Source of the DNA: Schizosaccharomyces osmophilus
Lineage: Eukaryota
Reading direction: 5' to 3'
DNA length: 47,604 nucleotides
NCBI RefSeq assembly: GCF_027921745.1
Contig: NC_079238.1
Location: 5,518,001-5,565,604 of the forward strand
The translations under genes were made by a program, and so were the position numbers. Every line of letters starts with the position of its first letter. Within the stretch, counting starts at the first letter, position 1. Positions 33,800-43,840 of the stretch are shown here, piece after piece. Below the pieces are notes generated by a model, which worked only from the letters and a program-made list of their open reading frames with translations, did not search any database and was not told the origin of the DNA.

Positions 33800-34231
33800 A
33801 TGTCTCTTCAACCTTTCTTCGATTTATACCCATTTCAAGACGGTCTTTCCGACTTTTTGAGTTATTCTCCTCGCGTTCAACGCCAGGATCGTGCTGTTGA
33901 TTTGTCACCCGCCATTGATGTTCACGAAGGCAAAGACACGGTTGCTGTTGATGTAGAACTTCCTGGTGTCAAAAAGCAAGACGTTCAAGTTCATTACGAC
34001 GAAGGAAAGCTTACCATTTCTGGTAAATCCGTGAATGAGCGCAAGAGCGAAGGAGATCGAGGAAACCACAGATGGTCTGAGCGTCGCTTTGGTTCCTTCT
34101 CTCGAACTATCTCTATCCCCAGCAGGATCGATTCCGATCGTATTGAAGCTCAATTTTCCAATGGCATTTTAAGCGTTGTCTTGCCCAAGATTGAGGAATC
34201 TCGCTCCAAGAAGCAAATCGCCATTAATTAA
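33800..34231 (+). CDS. hsp16: Small heat shock protein Hsp16, copy 2
   Basis: 143-aa paralog of 29611-30042. Confidence 0.95.
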   Translation: MSLQPFFDLYPFQDGLSDFLSYSPRVQRQDRAVDLSPAIDVHEGKDTVAVDVELPGVKKQDVQVHYDEGKLTISGKSVNERKSEGDRGNHRWSERRFGSFSRTISIPSRIDSDRIEAQFSNGILSVVLPKIEESRSKKQIAIN

Positions 34232-34675
34232 GCTAAAGGGCTAGCGGTAATGAGTTTATGATGATATGATTGTATTCTAATGAGAATTTATAATGGCATA
34301 ATATAATGATTCTTAATCTAGTTTTTTGACATTTTTTATGAATATTTATCAACTTTAAAAGGTTACTCATTTCAATATTGTTTATATCAAGTAGCAGTGT
34401 GATAAAAATAATGTAAGCTATGAAATCTAAAATCCAAAATCTGATTTTTTCACCGTTATGACTCTTATGGTTCGTATCCTATTGTAATGTAATCTTGAAT
34501 ATTTGATAGCTTCATTGGTGATGATAGTAGACGGTTCGGTTCAATTTCAGTTTGCTAACTGTGTAGCATAGCTATTCGTCCCATTATTTTCATATAGCTG
34601 TTAATAACCCTATCTGTATGGCTCTAAACTAGACGACTAGTTTCCCGTCTCCTCCTTTCAGTAAAGTAAATTAGA

Positions 34676-34722
34676 TATAGAGTATAGAGTATAGAGTATA
34701 GAGTATAGAGTATAGAGTATAG
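34676..34722. repeat. (TATAGAG)n heptamer microsatellite, about 6.7 copies
   Basis: Read directly; lies about 30 bp past the MFS stop codon. Confidence 0.92.
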
Positions 34723-34754
34723 ATTGGCGACGAAAGAAATATCGAATGAGTGAG

Positions 34755-36260
34755 TCAAGACACAAGCTTCACATATGGGTTTTTTTGCCGTAAACTTTCA
34801 CCAAACCGATAAAACACGAAAGGAATTGGGATCATTCCAAGAGCAATAAATCCTACCAAAGTCCCTCCCCAGTGAATCCCCAACTTTTGAAACATAATAC
34901 GCGAAAATAAAGGAAACGTAGCTCCAAAAATTGATCTAGTAAATGTATTCGCAGCGATAGCCGATGCAGCAAATTTTGTAAACGTATCAACCAGATAATT
35001 AAGACAACCCTGGAAAATCGTTTCAAATCCGACACCAATCAAAAATATACCAATAAATGATACTATCCAATGAATATTGGCATATGAAGTCCAAGCAAAA
35101 ACAAATATTCCGGCCGGCATAAGCCAGCCTGTCATCATCATCAAGGGTAATCTTTCTTCAGGAAGAGGTTTTCCACCGTTTTTTGTCAGATATTTCGCGT
35201 ATCTTTTATTCCAGAAAATATTCAACACACCTCCTGTTACTAAGCCCAAAAACATTGCAATCAAGGGAAGTGTACCAACGGTTCCCTGCCAGTTTCTTGA
35301 CTGGTAATATGTATACGGAATGGTAGTTAAAACTAAATACAGAATGCCGTATACATAACTAGCAAACAAGGCGATGAAAAAGGCGACCGGAGTTGCCAGC
35401 ATTGCAAAAGGTCGCAAAAGGTGAAAGGTAACAAACTCCTTTGCGTCTAATTTGTATCGTTCATGAGCAGCATGGAGACCCCAATTTCCTGTGGTTAACC
35501 GTAAATTTCTTGCTTGACGAGCTTCAATTACGGGGACGTAAGTTTCATCAATCATGATTATACTAACAAGTAAAATCGCAGACTGTACGATCACTATAAA
35601 CCATAATGGCCATCTCCAGGCCGTATCCGAACCTTCTGAAAGCAAGCTACTAATGATGGGACCAAAGTCAGCACCACTAACAACAAAGAAGGCATAAAAA
35701 ACTAAAGCAGTGCCTCTTTGGGATGGGTTCCAAAGGTCAGCCAGTACATCACCCGAAGAAACAATGGGAGCGCCAGAAAACAAACCGGAAAAGAAACGAG
35801 TGCACATAATGGCGGCCACACTATCAGCACTAGCAGTACCTGTCGTGAGGATTATGGAGATGAAAAAAGGCAAAAAGACTCCCATTTTTCTGCCATTCAT
35901 TTCTGAGAAAGGTGCAAAAATCATAGGGCCAAAAGCAATTCCCAAGACATAGAGCGACGTAGCTAGTGTCGCCACTTCTTCCCCGATGTGGTATACGTTT
36001 GTCAGATGTTCAGCAGTAGGTGACATTGTCGTACTGTTGAACTGTGCAGCAAACGTTGTCAGTCCGTACAAAGCTGTGTGGACGATTTTCTTCACAGTAG
36101 ACCAGTTCATGGGTCGTTGAGGGTCATTCTTGTCAATGTCGACCAAAAAAATAACATCAGGGTATGATTTTGGATACTGTAACTCCTCTCCCATTATACT
36201 ACTTGTCTCTTTTTCGAGAATCGTTAAGCCTTCAGGGAATTGTTCTTGATGTCCCTCCAT
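34755..36260 (-). CDS. DHA1-family MFS drug:H+ antiporter, intact
   Basis: [59 protein letters not shown]. The first ATG is at 36260; the ORF track starts at an upstream TTG. Confidence 0.93.
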   Translation of the reverse strand: MEGHQEQFPEGLTILEKETSSIMGEELQYPKSYPDVIFLVDIDKNDPQRPMNWSTVKKIVHTALYGLTTFAAQFNSTTMSPTAEHLTNVYHIGEEVATLATSLYVLGIAFGPMIFAPFSEMNGRKMGVFLPFFISIILTTGTASADSVAAIMCTRFFSGLFSGAPIVSSGDVLADLWNPSQRGTALVFYAFFVVSGADFGPIISSLLSEGSDTAWRWPLWFIVIVQSAILLVSIIMIDETYVPVIEARQARNLRLTTGNWGLHAAHERYKLDAKEFVTFHLLRPFAMLATPVAFFIALFASYVYGILYLVLTTIPYTYYQSRNWQGTVGTLPLIAMFLGLVTGGVLNIFWNKRYAKYLTKNGGKPLPEERLPLMMMTGWLMPAGIFVFAWTSYANIHWIVSFIGIFLIGVGFETIFQGCLNYLVDTFTKFAASAIAANTFTRSIFGATFPLFSRIMFQKLGIHWGGTLVGFIALGMIPIPFVFYRFGESLRQKNPYVKLVS

Positions 36261-36532
36261 TTTCGACAATACAAAAGCGGGCTTATGTCATTATGTTTAT
36301 TATTTATCAGTTTTTAATTGATAATTATGGGAACCTTTTTTCTTTTCTACCCACTATCCTCCACTTCTACTCAATAGCTAACTTTTACTTTGACTTAACT
36401 TGCCCTGGGTAAATTGGAGAAGAATACTGTTGTACTTTAAATATAAACTTTGAAACTACGAAATGTCAAAGACGAGATTATTTATAGTGTTATAATACGA
36501 TAGATTTCTTTATTACAGATTATAAACAACAG

Positions 36533-36914
36533 TGTCACAGGCGAAGTCTCGTTGTTAAGAGAATAAGTTTTCAGTGGAAACAAATATACAAATAAACAAG
36601 AATAATACTAACATTGTTAGCTTTTTACTACTAGAAAAGAATAGTAATAGTTCCAGGGATCTGAGTCACTAAGCAAGTTGTATAAACAATTTATTTAGCT
36701 AGATCAGTCAAATCTTCCAATCTGAAGATTGGATTTTTCAACTAGAGGTATATAAATACCCTGATAGGATTACTAAGTTCCTTAATAACCTTAGTTCTAG
36801 ATTTTTTAGATTTTCAATCGCAGAAATGAATTTTTACTTTTGTAACAACATTTTTTGATAATACATTATGATTGTTGAATCAAAATACAGTAATATCGTA
36901 TACCGGTTATGACA
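36533..36914. mobile_element. Solo LTR, same family and orientation as 23819-24227
   Basis: TGTCACAGGCG...TATGACA, 382 bp, internal TATATAAATA; the flanks AACAG/ATTAT do not match. Confidence 0.88.
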
Positions 36915-37058
36915 ATTATGTCTTTACGCGCATCTATGAGCATATTATTATATATTAGTAATGCTGATAGCATACAATTGCTAGTAGTATCGTATTATCA
37001 AAAAACTTATATCATCTATGTAAAGAGCTGCATGTTCTAATGGGGTGCATGTATCATT

Positions 37059-40000
37059 GTGCAATCACTATTATATTTGAATTGTACAATTTCTTTCTCG
37101 ACAGCAATAGTATGGCATAAATCAGAAATGAATTTGGATTCGGCTACAGAGCTAAATAATTGGAGTTTTTCGACTACGCAAGAGGTATCGGCAGAGTATT
37201 CTTCTCCTAAAGAAGTATACGAGTATATTCGTGGACTTCTTGTATTGCTGAATGGATACGAGTGTATACCCTGCATAGAGAGCGGGAACGGTTATGTGCA
37301 TGGAAATCTCGACACCTTTCGTCATCATATAAGGCATTATCACGGAAGAAAAGAGCTTGAAAGAATGCGAACGGCGTGTACTGCTGCAGTCATTATCACG
37401 AAAAAAGGAATCAATCAGAGGAATCGTCTATTTTTCAAAGTAAACTGTGCTCCGGTTGCTGGAGAAGACGGATAGAAAGTTTCTTCGGCGATTGTCGATT
37501 CGTCCACATCTTGCTCGATGAATTTAAGTTGTCGTCTAGTCGCCGTGTCAGAATTTCGACGGTTGGTAGAGGAAAAATTGTGTCTTCCATTCCAGATTAT
37601 CACAAATTAGATTCAATTGCATATTCCCAAGTTTTTCGATATATTACGCCAGGGAGTAGTAATTTGTTTGATTATTTAAGTGAAACCAACCGAATGCTTC
37701 ATTTGCTGAAAAGAAGAGAAGGATATGCTCATTCGCTTATTGGCTTGAGCCCAACTTTGGTATTGTTTCAACATGACCCCAATTCGATCTATCCGTGCAT
37801 TGGCGAAGCTAGAAATGGGCTACTGGTATTTTAAGAATACAAAGTTTAAGGCTAGAGAGCTGTACGTTCTACTGGGAAGACTGATGATTTACACCAGGTA
37901 TGACAAGACACGAAACATGAAGTTTGCTGAAAAGCCCATTGCAAGGTTTCTGCCCGAGCCTCTTTCCATACTTGCAATACGATACTATGCGTTAGTGCGA
38001 CCATTTGAGTCTTTGTTGAGTTAAGTTATGTAGAAACTCACGACGCCAAAGCGGCCTCCATATATGACAAGGCAATGTTTGTTGTAGGAGGTCAGCTATT
38101 GACAACGGATGCTCCCTATCGGATTTTCCCAAGAGTGACTTATGAGAATATTCAAAAGTCATTGGGATTTCGGAATTATCGTCATATTTCCCACTACTTA
38201 AAGGAAAGAAATATTGAAGAAGAAGGGGTAAGAGATTCATTCTTTGACATGCAAGCTGGTCATGCACGAAGTACGGCTTTGCTAATTTATGGTCGCACTT
38301 CCGACAATTTGAATAACTTGCCGGCGGATTTTTTCACAAACTTTTTTCGGGCAAGTTTTCGATGGCAAGAGCTGTTAGAAATCAAAGACAATAGTAGCGG
38401 TGGATTCATAATTGAGACCAGCAAGCCACAAAACAAAATTGACCAATTATTGGAAAAAGCTGACGAGATAAAAACGATGCAACAACGTTTGGCGGTATGG
38501 AAAGCGAAAGAAGTGCAGACACAAGCACAAACTGAGACGCAGGACGGCGACACTTATGGAAACACCGATGTCGTCGAAAAAGAGACTCGTCGTGGGGAAG
38601 GAAAACAATGTCAAGAGCTGGATTTGAATTTGAATACGAACCAAGCAGCGGTTGCTGTTGTACCAAGGACCAGGACAACGACTGAGACTGGGACTGGGAC
38701 TGGGACCGAAGAACAGCAAATACAAAGTAACCCAAGTTTGTATGCATCACCATCACCATCTATGTGTCCATCTCAATCGACGATTCGACTTTGCGTGTAT
38801 GCTTTATCAAAGTTTTATGGTAAGCCATCAAAGTTTCGTTCTATGGAGCAACTTCAGTCTGTCTATTTTTCGTATTTGAAACGTGTCAACTTGATCTCGG
38901 TACTTGCAACAGGTTCAGGGAAATCTCTATCTTTTTTATTGCCCGCCTTTATTGAAAAGCAAAAGCGGACTGGACTTATTACCGTCGTTCTGGTACCTCT
39001 CATCTCTCTATGGCAGGATATGGCACGAAGAGCAAACGAAGCGAAAACTCTGGTTTGTTCTAATGACTGGAAAGTATATAAGCGGACTCCGCCAGATTCA
39101 TATAATCTACCGGACATGTTTATTCTTTCTTATGACTCGGCATTGACGAACGAAGCACTGTGTTTTTTTGAGAGTCTTGCGGCCAATGGACGGCTGGCCC
39201 GCATTGTTATTGATGAGGCGCATAGTTTGTTGACAGATGGCGGTTGGAGGCACGTTTTGTGGAAAGCGTCAAGGTTGTCTGGAATTGCGGCGCCAATCAT
39301 TCTTCTTAGCGCTACGTTTCCCCGTGAACTGGAGGCTCGTGCTAGCGAGACGTTTTGTACGCACTTTCAAGGAATCAAAACACTAACGGCTCGAAAAAAC
39401 ATTCATTATTTATTAAAGCAGCTTGACAAGGAACAGTTTTTAAGCGATCTCCGCGACTTGATGATAAGAGCTGGAGTTTTTGAGGGAAATGGCCGAGCAA
39501 TTCTATTTTGCCGGACAAAGAAAAACGTGGAGGAATTGCAGGTCAAAATAAATTCTGCAGAAAGGATCGAAACTTGTGCCGTTTCGTATACAGGTGATAT
39601 GGCAGAGGAAGAGCGACATACATGTTTTAATATGTTTACAGACTTGGAAAGCAACAACAATCGTATTATGGTGGCCACGAAAGCTTTTGGGCTTGGTATC
39701 GATTACCCGGAAGTGCGTCTTGTAATTCACTATGGGTCACCGTCTACGTCTATGGATTTTGCTCCGGAAACAGGTCGTGCTGGAAGGGATGGCAAGTTTT
39801 CGATTGCTTCTATGTTTTACAGCAAGTATGAAGTGTCTACGTCAGCGTATATTGACGTTAGGATGAAAAACTTCGTTGAGGACAAATCAATGTGCGTTCG
39901 GTCGTTTTTAGCAAGTGAGATGGATGATCAATGCAGTGGTTGTGACTTTTTGCCTGACTATGTCGTTTGTTCTCGATGTAACCCGGGATTACTGGATGAA

Positions 40001-40977
40001 AGAGAAAAAGAAACAGAAAAAGAGCTGCTCTCTGTTGAGAAGGACAAGGTCAAAGACAAAGACAAAGACAAAGACAAGGAGACATTGACACCGACACGGA
40101 AGAAGAATCTTGCCAGTGGATCACCACCCACACCGCAAAGCGCTTGTTCTTCAGATGCTTTGTCTGCTGATTCAAAATTGATGAATTGCACAATCACAAA
40201 GGATAACGAAGAAAGTGGTGTAGTTATGGTCGAGTCACCCCAGTAAGTTCGACAAGCAAGACAGATGTTTCGAGCAGCAAATCAGGTCATTCTGAAACAA
40301 CTTTTTTCTCATCGCCGACACTATCGAAAAGCACTGACGCTAGAAAACGTTCGTTTCTAGAAACTCATGGCGATGGCGATGTCGATGTCGATGTCGATGG
40401 CGATAGCTATGGCGATGGCGATGGTGATGATTATAATTTGCACAAGAAGAATCAATTGGGATATGATAACCGGTGCGAAGGTGTTAAAAGGCATTTGATG
40501 GCCAGTTTGTCAAAGACAAGTTTGTTGGAAAAGTTTTTCAGAGAATTTCGAAAAGAATGCATATCATGTTTTGTTGAACAAGGTGGAAACCGCTCTGTAA
40601 TACACAAGAATACATGCCCTTTAGAGGTGAAAAGATGCTTTCGATGTCGACAAACTGATCACACGAGATTCAAGTGTCCGTATAAGTTTCAGTTTTCGGG
40701 AGCTTGTATGTATTGCGGATTAACGACATTTGAACATTTAGAAGAGGATTTTCCGTACAAGTCAAAGTGCAAATCGTGGGCTAGGGGAAAACTTGGCAAA
40801 GTTGCTTTTTTTGCTTGGAGCAATGGGAATTATAAGCAAGCGATTGCTAATCAATTTCTAGAGGGAAATTTGGACGATCAAAATCTTTTTAACTTTATTT
40901 GTCAGCCGAGTGGCACGACATCTGAATTTGTGAACGTTGTTTACTTTCTAGTGACTGACATTCTTGATGCTCTCTGA
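37059..40977 (+). pseudogene. tlh: Telomere-linked RecQ-type helicase (tlh-like), disrupted
   Basis: N-terminal CxxC..HxxxxH finger; RLMIYTRYDKTRNMKFAEKPIARFL; Walker A ATGSGKS; DEAH; SAT; ATKAFGLGIDYPEVR; ETGRAGRDG; RQC-like Cys cluster; C-terminal CFRC...H...C knuckle. Broken by frameshifts or stops near 37475, 37800, 38020 and 40246. Transcribed towards the telomere. Confidence 0.9.
40367..40430. repeat. Degenerate (GGCGAT/GTCGAT)n hexamer repeat inside the tlh relic
   Basis: atggcgatggcgatgtcgatgtcgatgtcgatggcgat...; reads as Gly-Asp repeats in the frame of the downstream ORF. Confidence 0.85.
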
Positions 40978-41544
40978 GAGATTGAGACTTTTTCATTTCA
41001 AGCATTGGCAAGACGATGACGATGATATGTAAGTCTTTGTCTGTTTATGGGAAGGAATATGTTTAAACATACAACAGAGTGGATCTAGAAAGTTTCAAAG
41101 ACTTTATGAAACAACATCAAGTGTGTTGGTGATGATGTTTGTGAAAAAATATGAAATATTAAACTTGGTTGAACGATTTCAGTTTCTATAATGTCGTTAA
41201 ATTGAATGATGAAGAAGGAAACTGTTTCTTTACAACAAAAAACTAAGCAATCGTATTTAGAATGGGGTTAGAATAAATAGGAATCAGCTATGTTAGGTAT
41301 AGAATAGAGAATGGAAGGATCTTGAAATAAAAAAACGAAAATTGACTTGGATTTATTTTCGTTTGCACGTCTAAAAATAAAATAACTGTGTTGTTTTTTT
41401 TGAATCGTTTGAAGGCTCAATTTTGCTATAAAATTAAAATTCATATATGTAAAAATGTAAAAGAATAAGAGTAAAATGAAACTTGTTTGACTCGAACAAG
41501 TCGAATATTCGTCGAGATATTCAAGTTTAAAATTCACATTTTGA

Positions 41545-41777
41545 AGTCTAAGTCGAAGTCCCAAGTACTAAGTAAAAAGTAGTAAGTCCCAAGTACTAAG
41601 TCTAAGTAGTAAGTAGTAAGTTAAGTAGTAAGTAGTAAGTAGTAAGTAGTAAGTAGTAAGTAGTAAGTAGTAAGTAGTAAGTAGTAAGTAGTAAGTAGTA
41701 AGTAGTAAGTAGTAAGTAGTAAGTAGTAAGTAGTAAGTAGTAAGTAGTAAGTAGTAAGTAGTAAGTAATACCCAAGT
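41545..41777. repeat. (TAAGTAG)n heptamer array, about 20 pure copies, with degenerate CCCAAGT-containing borders
   Basis: Read directly; the pure part spans about 41622-41767. Confidence 0.95.
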
Positions 41778-43714
41778 GAAAACGATAGCCAAGTAGAAAC
41801 AAATCAGTTGATGAAAATTTGTTTTCAATGATTTCTTTTGTTTTTTAAAAGTCATTCTTGTTGTTTTTAAAAGGCTTTTCTTGGCTCAATCTCGTAGGAA
41901 AACATTTCTTGATATATATAAAAATAGAAAAGAATACAAGTAAATTGATGTTTGTTTCATTCGATTTCGTCGAGTTTTCGTCGACTTATTCAACTTTGAA
42001 CTTATTTGGTTGATCGAGAGAGCTGTAGCAGTGGTTTGAAAGGAAATTACTTTGAGTAATAAAGTCTGCTATAGTGTTATATAGGACAAGACATTGTTTG
42101 TAATATTACAGCAGCATACCATGCTTAATGATATGGTTCAGTAAATGAAAAGAAGGAGCAACACTTGAGCGTCATAGTTTGTTCGGGAGGATACTAACGC
42201 AATTCCCTATTACCTCTTTCACGCTACTGTGTCTTTCGCTATATTTGTAAACCCGCTGTTAAACTAAGTTGCTATTTTTCTTTAATGTTTGCAGCCGCAA
42301 AGGATGTTAGTATACTATTACGACCACGCTCGTTTTGGTAAAACTGTTTTAGCCCCTTTGCTATATGTGAACAACGCTTTCGAACGCGTATGCCTTATTA
42401 TGGGTAGTAGATTGTACCGTACTTTCGTTATAAGTGTTTAAAGAATTAAATTTTTTTCGTTAATAAACAAACAAACATTCTAAAAAATGGTTGAAAAAAA
42501 AAAAAAAAAATGAAAAAATGAAATACAAGTACTAAAACTATATTAAACTATGGAAAACGATAAAAGAAAACATAAATAAATATAAATAAGTAGAAAATAG
42601 AGAAAAATCGTAAAGAAAATCATGAAACTGTAGAAAATCAAATGTACTTGCTAGTACTTGCCAGCGAACGTTTGCATTATACTGTTGCTGTTGCAACACT
42701 GAGAAATACTTGCAAGAATTATTAGTTGAAATAAACAAATAAAACTCGCAAAATGAACAGAGCGATGTTGATTCTTGGTACTATTCTCTACAAATTTATA
42801 TAACTATTGATTTGGTTGCGGCAGATGTGTTTTCAAACATTCACTTACGCTTGCACCAATTTGTACATTGATTTGTAAAAAGATACAATATTTAATATTT
42901 TTTGATCGCGAAAGCTTTTGCACATATCTCGCACAAAAAGTATTTGATTGTCATATATGTGAAACTACCATGCAGCTTTCGGCTAAGCCGTTGTTTCGAT
43001 TGGGTCGTTGGACAAAACGTTGGTATTCGGTTTTTTTTTTTTTTCAATACCTCGGACATGTAGGATGGTAACCCAAGATAAGGTTTTTAACAAATAAACG
43101 CTGAACACATTACACACATAGGTCATACAGCTACAAACTTTTGTATTGCACGTAGCACACATCAGACACGTCAGATACATCAAACACTACACTAAAAACA
43201 ACAAAAAAACATTAGAATACATATAGAGGAAGGCTTTTCCGTTTGGAATCGTTGAGTTGAGTTTCGTTGAGTTGAGTTCAGTTCAGTTGATTGACAGACA
43301 ACTCGGAGGACGTGAACAGAAAAGGTAGACAGTAGAACCAAAGCAGTTCAGTATGATACAACACTGTAATTAGTATTTTCAGTGGAAACAGAAAAGTAAG
43401 ACTGCAACCATAAGGCTTGCAAGGGTTCACTTTTGCAAAAAAACAAACGCTTAGTATTCACACTCAACCCAAGGCATTTGGCACACGGCACACGGCACAC
43501 GGCAAATGACAATTCCGCCTACAGTTTGTAGCACGGTAAGACTTAACATACGACACTTTCGCGCTCGCAACCCAGGCAATGATTTTGGAATTATCATGTC
43601 GTTTATTTCAAGACTACTTGGGTTGGAAGTCAGTCAGTCAGTTAAGTTAGTTTCGTTACACAAAAGACAACGGACTACACAAAACATAAAATAGGCCCAA
43701 ACCAGAAAAATAAT

Positions 43715-43840
43715 TAACCCGTAACCCGTAACCCATAACACTTTCGCTCACATACCCTTAACCCAGAGAACCCGTATACCCTTAACCCAGACAACCTGTA
43801 TACCCTTAACCCAAGTAACCCCGGTAACGGTTTGGGTTTG
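43715..43840 (-). repeat. Inverted interstitial telomere-like repeats
   Basis: TAACCCG x3, three ~22-bp units containing ATACCCTTAACCCA, then TAACCCAAGTAACCC. The G-rich strand points away from the telomere. Confidence 0.8.

Noticed and set aside
23819..36914. The two LTRs as the ends of one full-length retrotransposon
   Set aside because: They are 13 kb apart with no gag/pol between them, are clearly diverged, and the first has its own TSD.
41568..41855. LLTTYY-repeat ORFs
   Set aside because: Translation of the heptamer array.
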